From the NCBI GenBank assembly GCA_902593945.1, contig CACJKA010000004.1, positions 13,434-77,433 of the forward strand: a stretch of DNA of 64,000 nucleotides. The letters are read 5' to 3'. The translations under genes and the position numbers were made by a program. This stretch comes from an uncultured Candidatus Poseidoniales archaeon. GTDB taxonomy: Archaea; Thermoplasmatota; Poseidoniia; Poseidoniales; Thalassarchaeaceae. Under the pieces are notes generated by a model. It did no database searches and was not told where the DNA came from. It saw only the letters and a program-made list of their open reading frames with translations. Below, piece after piece: positions 19,424 through 29,374 of the stretch; position 1 is the stretch's first letter; each line of letters begins with the position of its first letter.

Positions 19424-19840
19424 TCATTCCAACATATTGGTTGGGACAGCACCATATGCGTTTTCTCCCGCATCGCCTTCTTGAACGAACAGATAAATTA
19501 GGTAAATTGCTCCTATTAATGGAACCAAAGCAACGAACCACATCCAACCGGACATTCCTAGATCATGTAACCTTCTAACAACAAGAGTTATCGAACCAGG
19601 TACTAACAGAATCGGTGCTAACGCCATTAATGCAGGTAAAACAGGAATATCTATTATTGCTAAAATTATTGAACCAATGAACATCACCATAAAAAAGATA
19701 TTTCCGCCTAAAACCCAGAACCAATATTCTGATCTAGATGCTCTTCCAGAGAGTGTAAATGAGTTTTTGAAACCGCTTTTCATAGCGTCCATAAACGGCA
19801 TCATATTTGCAGGCCTACCAGATGTGTTTTCTTCCATCAT
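19424..19840 (-). CDS. DUF805 family membrane protein
   Basis: GRASRSEYWFWVL ... VRRLHDLGMSGWW is the characteristic DUF805 pattern. Confidence 0.7.
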   Translation of the reverse strand: MMEENTSGRPANMMPFMDAMKSGFKNSFTLSGRASRSEYWFWVLGGNIFFMVMFIGSIILAIIDIPVLPALMALAPILLVPGSITLVVRRLHDLGMSGWMWFVALVPLIGAIYLIYLFVQEGDAGENAYGAVPTNMLE

Positions 19841-19889
19841 ACATCTCAGATTATCTTTCTACATATCAAGTTATACCCGACATATTTCT

Positions 19890-20453
19890 CTACAAGTCCC
19901 TTTCTGTGTTTATATTTTTAATCAAATTATTATCTACCATCAATAGAGAATGAGGAATTTCAAGAAACATTTTGTGTAAAGGCAATCCGTCCCAATCCTC
20001 TAACGAATTAAGTAGTAATTTCGGCCGAATTAATGAAAGCAAAGGTTGCAAAACATCCCCATCTGTTGGCATTATTACTTCATCTTTTTTTGATATGGAA
20101 TCTTCTAAGCTAGAAAATACTTCAGGAGTTATCCAAGGTACATCTACCGTTGCAAGTTGAATGGTATCCTGCTCTAAACAAAAAGGATCATTTAGATTTT
20201 CAATTATTGCATCTACAGGGCCTGCGTGTTGTTTTGAATCTAATACCCATTCAATACTATAATTGGAATCAATTACAGCTGCATATTCTTCCATTTTTTC
20301 AGGATTAGCAACAGCAATCCTGATTGGTTCCCTATCTGCCTTTACTAAAGCTTCAACCACTCTTGTAATCATTGCCTTTCCATCAATTTCGATTAATGCC
20401 TTGTCCCGTCCCATTCTTCGAGATCTTCCGCCGGCAAGAAGCAAAGATCGCAC
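19890..20453 (-). CDS. mobA: MobA-like molybdenum cofactor nucleotidyltransferase
   Basis: N-terminal LLLAGGRSRRMGRDKALIEIDGK signature. 187 aa. Confidence 0.7.
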   Translation of the reverse strand: MRSLLLAGGRSRRMGRDKALIEIDGKAMITRVVEALVKADREPIRIAVANPEKMEEYAAVIDSNYSIEWVLDSKQHAGPVDAIIENLNDPFCLEQDTIQLATVDVPWITPEVFSSLEDSISKKDEVIMPTDGDVLQPLLSLIRPKLLLNSLEDWDGLPLHKMFLEIPHSLLMVDNNLIKNINTERDL

Positions 20454-20457
20454 ATTC

Positions 20458-20667
20458 TCACCTTAATTCATTAAGTCGATTTAAGGCATACTGAATTTCA
20501 TCCATTAAATCCATAGCTCTATTCAATAAAACCTGCCTATCTCTTCTTATTTCAGCAGTTTCCATCCATCTCATTAGTTGTGTAATATCTTTTGAATCTC
20601 TTTTAATCGTCCATTCTAGAACCTCTTCTGCAATAGGGTCATCAGAGGGCAATAGACGTTCGACCAT
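20458..20667 (-). CDS. hypothetical small protein
   Basis: 69-aa ORF lying 4 nt upstream of mobA on the same strand. No motif. Confidence 0.35.
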   Translation of the reverse strand: MVERLLPSDDPIAEEVLEWTIKRDSKDITQLMRWMETAEIRRDRQVLLNRAMDLMDEIQYALNRLNELR

Positions 20668-20704
20668 AGGTGCCGGACATAGTCATCAGCAATCAGTTAT
20701 ACGC

Positions 20705-21349
20705 CTAACTCTCAACTAATTTACTCTTTATCCTAGTTAAAATTGAATCTCCAGATGGAATTTCAATTACAATAATTTTTTCAATTAATTCTTTAGAGAA
20801 CTCATGTCCATGAATTTTCCCTGAGCAAGTAACTATTATAGACAAATGTTGTTCAATTTTTCGCCCATTTATCCATTTTAAAATTAAATCCTCTCTAGGG
20901 GGTTCACGTTTTGCTCTGAATAATTCTTCAATATTCAGTAATAATGAATCGACCGACTCTACAGGATGGATAGAATCTTCTAAAATTTCCCAAGGATTCG
21001 TACCCATTCCTTTATGATCAATATTAGCAAGTAAGATGGCCGCTAAAGCAATATCCTCTCTTCCATGTCTTTTCCAAAGTCGTCTTATCAATTTTAACAA
21101 AACTCTATGAGTATTTCCCGCTTCTGTAATTAGCCAAGATGCTAGATTTCTAAGAAGCTCATCGGGAGTGCCTAGAATGAATGAGTAACCCGACGACACC
21201 ATCATCCTATCTGTACTAGATTTCATTATCAATGCAGGAACTCCAATCGGGTAAGCATTTCTAACTAAATTAGCCAAGGCTCTATCTGACGAATGTATAT
21301 TTTTTGATTGACTATTCAGAAATTCATCAAGATTTTTTCCAGAACTCAT
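20705..21349 (-). CDS. hypothetical helical-repeat protein
   Basis: 214-aa ORF with helical composition. A faint resemblance to HEAT-like DNA alkylation repair proteins is not enough to call. Confidence 0.4.
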   Translation of the reverse strand: MSSGKNLDEFLNSQSKNIHSSDRALANLVRNAYPIGVPALIMKSSTDRMMVSSGYSFILGTPDELLRNLASWLITEAGNTHRVLLKLIRRLWKRHGREDIALAAILLANIDHKGMGTNPWEILEDSIHPVESVDSLLLNIEELFRAKREPPREDLILKWINGRKIEQHLSIIVTCSGKIHGHEFSKELIEKIIVIEIPSGDSILTRIKSKLVES

Positions 21350-21358
21350 CCAAATCCC

Positions 21359-21832
21359 TTATTTCTGCACTCTAATGTTATCGACAATCTCCGACAACCT
21401 ATCCATAGTCCCTTTTAATTCATATCTTATATTTTGGCGGACATTTCGATGTACAATTTCTTCTAATTGACGATCTAGGCTTCTAAGAATTGCTCTATGT
21501 TCAGAATCACTTAGCCCAAACACTTTCCTCAAGTATGCTATAATTCTTAACTCATCATCAGTTTTATCTGTATGTATTAGAAAAGTTTCTAGAACTTGTT
21601 CATAGGTTGAGATTTTTTCACTATTAGTCAAAGAAACCCCTTCTTCAATATCATTGTCTTGTATAATTGAATCATAGATTATCTTTGGTTCCTCATCTCC
21701 CAATCTTAAAGCCCTAGCGAGTTTTGTAATCAACCTTTTTTCACCAAATGTAAGGTTTCCATCATTAAGGGCAAGACTGACAACTCCTCGAAAAACAACT
21801 CGCCTATCCGAGGAGGGTTCGACCATGAACAT
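21359..21832 (-). CDS. hypothetical protein, possibly TerB-like
   Basis: Two copies of a D..L...E...I..LA..L.L pattern (NDGNLTFGEKRLITKLARALRL; DDELRIIAYLRKVFGL), as in the tellurite-resistance TerB fold. Weak. Confidence 0.35.
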   Translation of the reverse strand: MFMVEPSSDRRVVFRGVVSLALNDGNLTFGEKRLITKLARALRLGDEEPKIIYDSIIQDNDIEEGVSLTNSEKISTYEQVLETFLIHTDKTDDELRIIAYLRKVFGLSDSEHRAILRSLDRQLEEIVHRNVRQNIRYELKGTMDRLSEIVDNIRVQK

Positions 21833-21942
21833 CGTCGACGGTTCTATGACTTAATCTCTATCCCCATTAATTTTAACAACTATAGAAAATATGAAAGTAG
21901 AACCATTTATGCAATATTAGTCCTAATTCCCGTATAATCATA

Positions 21943-22078
21943 GGAGCCTTCATGAAGGGTGTAACCGCGGGTATGGGTTGGTAATCAGCCACACTCGCGG
22001 GCGTTTTGCGCCCATCCAACCCAGAAACCTACTAGGTTATTGGGAGTGAAGCCCCTCTAGTTGGGCCGAAAACCGGAA
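21943..22078 (+). ncRNA. candidate structured RNA or structured 5' leader upstream of dnaG (class unknown)
   Basis: A G+C-rich patch in an otherwise AT-rich intergenic region. Nested helices: GGGTTGG (21975-21981) pairs with CCAACCC (22016-22022) and encloses hairpin GGGCG-TTTTG-CGCCC (21999-22013). CCCAAC/GTTGGG offers an alternative pairing further downstream. No ORF. The strand is assumed from the dnaG orientation. Confidence 0.3.
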
Positions 22079-22088
22079 AGGAATTATT

Positions 22089-23258
22089 ATGTCAAATACT
22101 GAAGGAAAATATATCATACACGCAACAATTCGTTGTGACGGAACAGTCGCCAGAAAAGACGTCGTTGGGGCCATATTTGGTCAAACAGAAGGACTTCTTG
22201 GAGACCAGTTGCAACTAAGAAAATTACAAAGAACTGGCCGCATCGGACATGTCGACGTATCTCTGAATCAGAATAAAGGAAAAGTACAAGGAGAAATCTC
22301 ACTTTCTTCATCTATTGATCAGGTTAGTACGGCAGTCATTGGAGCGGCATTAGAAACCATAGATCGCATAGGCCCATGTAAAGCGGTAATAAAAGTCAAA
22401 GGGATTGAGAATATTAGATCTGCAAAGAGAGATAACGTGATTGATCGCGCTAAGACTCTATTGTTGAATATGGTAAACTCAGGCCAAGACGAATCTAAGA
22501 ATATACTAGACGAGGTGCGTTCTGTTCTAACTTTAGATACAGAAAAAGACATTTCTGGAATGACCGCGGGACCTAAAGTCGCAGATGGTAGCGCAATCAT
22601 TATTGTAGAAGGACGAAATGATGTTAAGAATCTACTAAAGTTTGGTATTAAGAACGCTATAGCAACTATGGGCTCCGGTATTCAAGACGAATTAGTTGCA
22701 CTTGCTCAATCCAAAACAATGGTGACTGCATTCGTCGATGGCGATAGAGGTGGAAAACTTCTACTGATGGAACTCAGCGGTAAGTTGGGTAAATCACTAA
22801 CGCATGTGGCTTTAGCTCCGCAAAGTCGCGAGGTAGAGCACTTAGAAGGAAAAGTAATCACCAAATGTCTAGCTCAAAAAGAACCTGCTAACAAACTAGT
22901 ATCTCGCATTCAGGCGGAGTTAGCGAAAGAAGACGATGCTGCTGTAGGCCGCGGAGAAGAAATTCTTGAAGCACCAGATGAGATCAAAGGCTGGGCAGGT
23001 ATGTTGGAAGGTCTGAAAAGAAATCAAGCTGTTATTGTGAATGAAGATGGATCAGGTAGTGAACCAATTGGGGCCAGCTCATTAGAAGCCAAACTTGCAG
23101 AATCGGAGGGAGCCAAAGGTCTAGTATTTGCTGGTAAAGTAACCGATAGAATTTTTACTTTAGCGGCAGGTGCAGGCATAGATAGCGTAGTGGCATCCTC
23201 AGTAGGAAAAGTGACTAGGAAATCTGGAGTACAAGCCTACTCAGCATCAGATATGTAA
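22089..23258 (+). CDS. dnaG: archaeal DnaG-type primase / exosome-associated Toprim protein
   Basis: Archaeal DnaG N-terminus KYIIHATIRCDGTVARKDVVGAIFGQTEGLLGDQLQLRKLQRTGRIG and a Toprim core IIIVEGRNDV ... AFVDGDRGGKLL. Confidence 0.9.
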   Translation: MSNTEGKYIIHATIRCDGTVARKDVVGAIFGQTEGLLGDQLQLRKLQRTGRIGHVDVSLNQNKGKVQGEISLSSSIDQVSTAVIGAALETIDRIGPCKAVIKVKGIENIRSAKRDNVIDRAKTLLLNMVNSGQDESKNILDEVRSVLTLDTEKDISGMTAGPKVADGSAIIIVEGRNDVKNLLKFGIKNAIATMGSGIQDELVALAQSKTMVTAFVDGDRGGKLLLMELSGKLGKSLTHVALAPQSREVEHLEGKVITKCLAQKEPANKLVSRIQAELAKEDDAAVGRGEEILEAPDEIKGWAGMLEGLKRNQAVIVNEDGSGSEPIGASSLEAKLAESEGAKGLVFAGKVTDRIFTLAAGAGIDSVVASSVGKVTRKSGVQAYSASDM

Positions 23259-23360
23259 GATTTTTACCCTATTGGCGAAAATTAATTACATTAAAAAAGC
23301 CATTCTAAGGCCACTCATCAGTAGAAGCCATCAAAAGTCCTACATTCCCGCTCGCAAGGG

Positions 23361-25661
23361 ATGGAGCAGTCGACGTCGATAATTCTAGCGTTGTATGGCT
23401 TGGTCGGAATCGTGTTAGCAACACTTTGGTTACGGCACCAATCAGTGCTAAGACAACGAGACGAAATGCGTGCAAAACTTGGCAATTTACAAGGTAACTT
23501 AGCCAGTACCTCTAATCGTCTTGATTTACTTTCCAGAGGAGTCGACACTATTCTTGGAGAAACTCCAGAAGTACATGAATTATTGTCGGTACATAAATCT
23601 CTAGAATCAGCAGAATCATTACTTTTCGAGCAGGATGTAACTATTAGCTCCAGTGAATCTTGTGCTATAGCAACTCATGCAGCAAGATCAATTCTTTCCA
23701 ATTACCAGAGTGATACAGAAGCGGAAGGAAGTGAAAATATACTACCAGGAATAATCCCCTTGGTATTAAGACTAGATGCAATTCTTACTGAAGCGGAAAT
23801 GAAATCTGAAGATTTAGAACTTAATGGCGATGAACAAAGAGGCCTCGGGGAATTATTCCACGAATCAGGAAAGTTCGATAGAGCGGCAGATTTCTATCGA
23901 AGAGCAAATTTACTTTCTCCCGAAAGCTCCTCTATTCTCTTATCACTGGCATCGATACAAAGAGATGAGGCTGATCTTGAATCTTTAGATAGAACATTGG
24001 AACGTTTGATAGCAATTAATCCAGACGATGTGGATGTACTAAAAGAACAAGCAATTTTGCTTTCTGGAAGTGAAGATGAACGGTTGAACCGGAACATTAG
24101 GAGATTGGATGCTTTGGGTGTTGATTTTCAATTAACAGAAGGCGATAAAGATATTTCAAATATTGTTGACAGAGCAAATATTGTGCAGAATCAAATAAAT
24201 CCACACCTTAAGGAACCATCAACCTCGGAAGGTTGGGTTTCAAAATCTTCCAAATTGATGCAATTAGGAGAAATAAGAGCCGCTTTAGAGTCTATTGAAA
24301 AGGCACTATATCTTGATGCTTCTAATTCTGAAGCGTGGCTATTGAAGGCAAAATTATTGGCTGCAGGTGAAAACCAATCCAAAGAAGCTCTTCAAGCAGT
24401 TCGCCGAGCATCAGGATTAGGAGAATATACAGTTCTGATAGAGAGTAAGATACTTGAGAATGAAGAAAAGTTAGACTCTGCCAGAGCAGTTTTAGAAGAA
24501 TGGTTAGATGTCAACCCTGCTGATGCAGAAGTTAGAGGCAGATTAAGCCTAGTCCTATTCCGAGCAGGAGCTATAGAATGGTCTAAGAGAGTACTGGAAG
24601 AAGCACCCGAGGAATCTTGGGAAAACTCCTCATTGCATGTTATGCAAGGTCGATTGCATTTATTGGCTGCTGATGAGCACAGAGATAGGACTGGAGAACA
24701 CGATCATATTCTGTTATTAGATGCAACCATTTCTTTCGACTTAGCAATAGAAAAAGATAGAGAATCCGGTCTTGCATGGCTCGGCAGGTCTCGTGCATTA
24801 AGATATCAAGGTTCAATAAAAGAGGCAGAAGTAGCTTTGATAAGAGCAAGAAGACTCATACCCGATCATCCTTCGATATCTTTAGAGGAAGCACATTTAT
24901 GCTTAGAAATGGGTAAATTAGATCAGGCCAATGCATTAGTTTCCGAAGCATCGACTAATGTGCGAAGCCACCCATCCATTCCATTCATTAGAGGTATGAT
25001 TGCAGCGAGACAGGGGCGTTTCATAGAGGCAAAAACGTTTTTCTCCAAAGTTCTTACATCGGAACCGAATCACATCAGAGCGAGATTGAATAGGTGTTCA
25101 GCTTCATTATTGGCTGATGACTTAGTCACTGCTCTCGATGATGCAAATTCACTTATTGAATTAGCACCCGAACTAAATCTAGCAAGGCAAAGACGTTCTG
25201 AGATTTTAATGAATCTTGGAGACTGGAAAGAAGCAGAAAACGAATTGCGCACACTACTTTCCCAAGATCCTGAGCATATTATGGCGCTAGTACACTTGGG
25301 TGCTTGTATGATTGCAATGGATAAGTCAGAACAGGCAGAAAAGCCGTTAAATGAAGCGATTCGATACGACCCTACACATTCCGAAGCATGGTATCAAAGA
25401 GGTTTGTTATATCTCGACTTTGGAAGAATAGATGAGGCCAAATCAGACTTTGAGGCTGCAGCTAAATATGATAAGAAGCATATTGATGCAAGATTGAGAA
25501 TTGCAGCAATTCTCCATGATGGTGAAAACGTGAATGAATCTGTTATTGCATGGAGAAAAGTACTCGACATAGATCCAGAGCATAAATTGGCCAGAAGAAG
25601 ATTACAAGAATCGGTTGATAGACAAGAAAACATGAAGCAGAAGATTTCTCCAAAGGGTTGA
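23361..25661 (+). CDS. TPR-repeat protein with N-terminal membrane anchor
   Basis: N-terminal TM IILALYGLVGIVLATLWL, then many 34-aa TPR-like units (e.g. AWLLKAKLLAAGENQSKEALQAVRRA; AWYQRGLLYLDFGRIDEAKSDFEAAAKYDKKH). Confidence 0.75.
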   Translation: MEQSTSIILALYGLVGIVLATLWLRHQSVLRQRDEMRAKLGNLQGNLASTSNRLDLLSRGVDTILGETPEVHELLSVHKSLESAESLLFEQDVTISSSESCAIATHAARSILSNYQSDTEAEGSENILPGIIPLVLRLDAILTEAEMKSEDLELNGDEQRGLGELFHESGKFDRAADFYRRANLLSPESSSILLSLASIQRDEADLESLDRTLERLIAINPDDVDVLKEQAILLSGSEDERLNRNIRRLDALGVDFQLTEGDKDISNIVDRANIVQNQINPHLKEPSTSEGWVSKSSKLMQLGEIRAALESIEKALYLDASNSEAWLLKAKLLAAGENQSKEALQAVRRASGLGEYTVLIESKILENEEKLDSARAVLEEWLDVNPADAEVRGRLSLVLFRAGAIEWSKRVLEEAPEESWENSSLHVMQGRLHLLAADEHRDRTGEHDHILLLDATISFDLAIEKDRESGLAWLGRSRALRYQGSIKEAEVALIRARRLIPDHPSISLEEAHLCLEMGKLDQANALVSEASTNVRSHPSIPFIRGMIAARQGRFIEAKTFFSKVLTSEPNHIRARLNRCSASLLADDLVTALDDANSLIELAPELNLARQRRSEILMNLGDWKEAENELRTLLSQDPEHIMALVHLGACMIAMDKSEQAEKPLNEAIRYDPTHSEAWYQRGLLYLDFGRIDEAKSDFEAAAKYDKKHIDARLRIAAILHDGENVNESVIAWRKVLDIDPEHKLARRRLQESVDRQENMKQKISPKG

Positions 25662-25671
25662 ACAACACGGT

Positions 25672-26241
25672 ATGGCTGCATCACATATGCCCAACTCACT
25701 TGGAATAGAGCCAGGACAAGTAGCTCCAGATTTTGAATTACCTAACGCCAATAAAAATCTAGGTAAAGACATTTTATCTCTAAGTGAAATTATGGGCGAT
25801 AATGGCGCAATAATCACTTTCACTTGCAATCATTGTCCTTATGTCGTTGGTTCAGAATCTAGAATTGAGAAGATGGCTATGAAGGCCAGAGAGAACAATA
25901 TTGGTTTCATTGGAATTAATTCAAATGATCCCGTTAATTATGAATCCGACTCTTGGCCTAATATGGTAAAAAGAGCATCAAGGGGAATGTCATATGCTTA
26001 CTTACACGATGCGGATCAATCTATTGCAACACTTTATGGTGCCGAAAGAACTCCCGAATTTTATCTTATCAACGCGTCTGGAAATGTAGTTTATAGGGGC
26101 CGTCTTGACGATTCACCAAGAGACCCTGCTCATGCAACAACTTCAGAACTTTCAGACGCAATTGATTTGTTAGTAGCAGGAAAAGAAATCACAGATAATA
26201 GAACCCAAAGCATCGGGTGCTCAGTTAAATGGAAAGTTTAG
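25672..26241 (+). CDS. thioredoxin-fold (redoxin/AhpC-TSA family) protein
   Basis: APDFELPNA...ITFTCNHCPYV CxxC-type motif and ERTPEFYLINASGNVVYRGRLDD. Confidence 0.7.
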   Translation: MAASHMPNSLGIEPGQVAPDFELPNANKNLGKDILSLSEIMGDNGAIITFTCNHCPYVVGSESRIEKMAMKARENNIGFIGINSNDPVNYESDSWPNMVKRASRGMSYAYLHDADQSIATLYGAERTPEFYLINASGNVVYRGRLDDSPRDPAHATTSELSDAIDLLVAGKEITDNRTQSIGCSVKWKV

Positions 26242-27068
26242 GTGAAAAGATGTCCATGGGAATTCCAGCTAGAATATTTGCTACTATACTCAAGTATTCT
26301 CCTGCCTCTGTACAGAATAGATTATGGAAATGGTGGTATCAACGGATATCTAAAGCACACAATAAGGTAGACTTTAGATTTATGAATTATGGATTTGTGG
26401 ATGAAGACGGCCCTGTTTTAGACTTGGTAGACGAACCTTATCGATTATTCATACAACTATATCATATGAATATAAGAGATGTTGATTTAAACAACAAGCA
26501 AGTATTAGAAGTAGGTTCTGGAAGGGGAGGGGGCGCTAGTTGGATTGCTAAGTCTAAGTCTCCATCTTCTTTAATCGGAGTAGATTTTTCAAAGGAGGCG
26601 GTTACTTTATGCAATGATTGGTATGAACAGGAGAATCTGAATTTTATAGAAGGAAACGCTCAAGATTTACCATTCGATGCTGACAGTTTCGACATCGTCT
26701 ATAACGTTGAATCTTCCCATTGCTATGGCGATATCAACAAGTTCGTTAGCGAAGTTTTTCGAGTTTTGAGAAAAGATGGATACTTTTGTTGGACTGATTT
26801 CCGGGACGAAGAAACTATGAAGAAGACAGAAGAAATATTTCAAAATGTTGGCTTTTCAGTAGCATCAAAGAAAGAAATCACTGATGAAGTAGTCGATGCT
26901 TTAGATATGATAAATGACGCTAAGAAAGAAAGAATCACCGAACTTGTTCCAAGAACTATTAGACGTAGTTTCGAAACCTTTGCAGGAGTCCAAGGAACGC
27001 CTGTTTATGATTCATTTAAGTCTGGTAAGTTGAAGTATTACAGATATCAAATGGTCAAAAAGAATTAG
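26229..27068 (+). CDS. class I SAM-dependent methyltransferase
   Basis: Motif I VLEVGSGRGGGASWIA and motif post-I/II GVDFS...LPFDADSFDIVYNVES. The start may be MSMGIP at 26250. Confidence 0.75.
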   Translation: MESLGEKMSMGIPARIFATILKYSPASVQNRLWKWWYQRISKAHNKVDFRFMNYGFVDEDGPVLDLVDEPYRLFIQLYHMNIRDVDLNNKQVLEVGSGRGGGASWIAKSKSPSSLIGVDFSKEAVTLCNDWYEQENLNFIEGNAQDLPFDADSFDIVYNVESSHCYGDINKFVSEVFRVLRKDGYFCWTDFRDEETMKKTEEIFQNVGFSVASKKEITDEVVDALDMINDAKKERITELVPRTIRRSFETFAGVQGTPVYDSFKSGKLKYYRYQMVKKN

Positions 27069-27487
27069 TATTGCTCTAAGACTAATTCTGTTTGCGTTGA
27101 AGTTATTTCTCCCGGTGCGGCTAACCACATACGATCTAATAAATTTCTTAATGAAACAGTATCATCAACGTGAACAATAGCAACTAAATCCGCGTCCCCA
27201 CTAATCTCGTAAATACACTCAACTCCTGCCCATCCTGAATATTCTCCAGCAAGACTTCCAATCTCTACTCCAGAACCAACTTTGAGCCGTATTAGTGCAG
27301 TCAAACCTATACCAGCTTCTCTGATTGTATAACCCCTAATCACTCCAATATCTTCCATTCTTTTCATACGAGTCCTTACAGTACGTTCAGTAACATCTAC
27401 CTTTTTTGCAATATCTACAAATGGGGCTCTACCGGCATCTCTGAGGTAAGCGAGAATGGCTCTATCAAGTGAATCTACGTTAACCAT
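27065..27487 (-). CDS. Lrp/AsnC family transcriptional regulator
   Basis: HTH LDRAILAYLRDAGRAPFVDIAKKVDVTERTVRTRMKRMEDIGVIRGYT plus a C-terminal RAM/AsnC_trans_reg domain. The start is trimmed to the ATG at 27487 (MVNVDSLD). The track ORF has an implausible 32-aa extension. Confidence 0.85.
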   Translation of the reverse strand: MVNVDSLDRAILAYLRDAGRAPFVDIAKKVDVTERTVRTRMKRMEDIGVIRGYTIREAGIGLTALIRLKVGSGVEIGSLAGEYSGWAGVECIYEISGDADLVAIVHVDDTVSLRNLLDRMWLAAPGEITSTQTELVLEQY

Positions 27488-27641
27488 GATTAATCCGCAA
27501 AGCGAACCCTTTTTGATTGTTATTGTCGTTTTGAGCAGCAATATCTCAAGCAATTTTTCCGTTTTCAGGTAATAATTATACATTTAGTTTCATGATTGAA
27601 ATTAAGTTGCATTCAAATGAGTCGGCGATTTCTGACAATAC

Positions 27642-28076
27642 ATGCCAGAGGATGATGCGACAGCCAATCTTCGAGTTCAGGAGTATTTAGATGATGTTTC
27701 GAATCTTAATCTTTCAATCTCAAAATCTCAGTGGTATAATGTAGATGTGGCGACACTTCTAGTCAATTGTAAAGTAGTAGGCCATGATATCGATCATTCC
27801 ACAGGGGCATCATTGATATTTCTAGAGAAAAGTGTGTTGATGTGTTGTTGTAATTCTGGCAAAATGCATCATTATCCAAAACATCTTCTACATTGTTTTG
27901 TAGATGATAAGAGAGATAGTCATGATAATCTGGACGGAGTGATATTCAAGGCTGAGTTATTTTCAATATCTCCTTCTGAAGAACAACTTTGCTGGGAAGA
28001 AGTCTGCCATTCCGAAATTCAAGTTCCCGAAGTTCAGAATAAAGTATCTCGTTGGCTTAGTTGGTTAAATTCCTAG
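27642..28076 (+). CDS. hypothetical protein
   Basis: 144-aa ORF, Cys/His rich, no recognised motif. Confidence 0.4.
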   Translation: MPEDDATANLRVQEYLDDVSNLNLSISKSQWYNVDVATLLVNCKVVGHDIDHSTGASLIFLEKSVLMCCCNSGKMHHYPKHLLHCFVDDKRDSHDNLDGVIFKAELFSISPSEEQLCWEEVCHSEIQVPEVQNKVSRWLSWLNS

Positions 28077-28123
28077 TTTGACCACAGTAACATTCAGACC
28101 ATAATTGCTCTTCGAAGTAATTA

Positions 28124-29374
28124 ATGGGCGGCATAATAACCGATCTTAAGGCGCGCGCAATCATTGATTCACGTGGCAATCCGACCGTAGAAGTCGATTG
28201 TTTTGTAGATGGAATTCTAATGGGCCGCGCAGCGGTTCCTTCCGGAGCAAGTACAGGTAGTCATGAAGCCGTTGAATTAAGAGATGGAGGAAAAGATTGG
28301 ATGGGTAAAGGTGTATCTAAAGCCGTCCACAATGTCAATGAAGAAATTAGAAATTTGTTAGTAGGATTAGACGTTTCTAATCAAGAAGAAATAGATGCAT
28401 CAATGTTAATATTAGATGGTACTCCGAATAAAGGTAGATTAGGTGCCAATGCAATCTTAGGAGCATCAATGTCAGTAATTCGTGCCGCGGCAAAGCAATC
28501 AGAAAAATCACTATGGTCTTATATTTCAACAAAAAATGAGAATAAATTACCTGTTCCATTGATGAATATACTCAACGGAGGAGCACACGCAGCTTCAAAT
28601 GTCGACGTTCAAGAATTCATGGTAGTCCCTCACGGATTTGATAGTTTCTCTGATGCCTTACAGGCCGGAACAGAAATTTATCATTCATTGAAATCTGTAT
28701 TGAAAGATGAGGGCTTACTCGGAGGTGTTGGAGATGAAGGAGGGTTTGCGCCAAACTTACCTTGTAATGAAGATGGGCTTAGATATTTGATGGGTGCGAT
28801 AGAAAAAGCCGGCTATTCCCCAGGGGACCAAATCTCAATTGCTCTAGATGTAGCCGCCCAAGAATTCTTTGACGGAGAAAATTATCACATTGATAATAGA
28901 GTAATTAGTGGAAAAGACCTCACATCGTTGTATTCATCTTGGTTAGATAACTACCCAATAGTATCTATGGAAGACCCATTTGGAGAAGATGACTGGGAAT
29001 CTTGGAAAGATTTTACAAAATTAGAGAGCCATAGGGTGCAAATTGTTGGAGATGATCTGTATGTTACAAATCCAGAACGTCTCAAAAAAGGTATAGTCGA
29101 AAGAGCATCAAATGCAATATTAATCAAATTAAATCAGATAGGAACAGTTACAGAAACTCTCCAAGTCATTGAAATGGCTCGCAAAGCCAATTTTGGAATT
29201 ATTATCTCACATAGATCTGGTGAAACATCAGACGATATAATTGCAGATATCTCAGTTGGAACAAACGCGGGGCAAATAAAAACCGGTGCACCTGCTAGAA
29301 GTGACAGAACAGCAAAATATAATCAATTACTAAGAATAGCTGAAGAATGTCCGAATTATAGTGATTTATTCTAA
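28124..29374 (+). CDS. eno: enolase (phosphopyruvate hydratase)
   Basis: DSRGNPTVEVD, SGASTGSHEAVELRDG, VGDEGGFAPN, IVGDDLYVTN, LIKLNQIGTVTE and SHRSGETSD. Confidence 0.95.
   Translation: MGGIITDLKARAIIDSRGNPTVEVDCFVDGILMGRAAVPSGASTGSHEAVELRDGGKDWMGKGVSKAVHNVNEEIRNLLVGLDVSNQEEIDASMLILDGTPNKGRLGANAILGASMSVIRAAAKQSEKSLWSYISTKNENKLPVPLMNILNGGAHAASNVDVQEFMVVPHGFDSFSDALQAGTEIYHSLKSVLKDEGLLGGVGDEGGFAPNLPCNEDGLRYLMGAIEKAGYSPGDQISIALDVAAQEFFDGENYHIDNRVISGKDLTSLYSSWLDNYPIVSMEDPFGEDDWESWKDFTKLESHRVQIVGDDLYVTNPERLKKGIVERASNAILIKLNQIGTVTETLQVIEMARKANFGIIISHRSGETSDDIIADISVGTNAGQIKTGAPARSDRTAKYNQLLRIAEECPNYSDLF

Noticed and set aside
21947-21958. Palindrome ccttcatgaagg as a protein-binding operator
   Set aside because: It is a single 12-nt palindrome with no second copy or obvious partner regulator. 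It is subsumed in the structured-RNA candidate.
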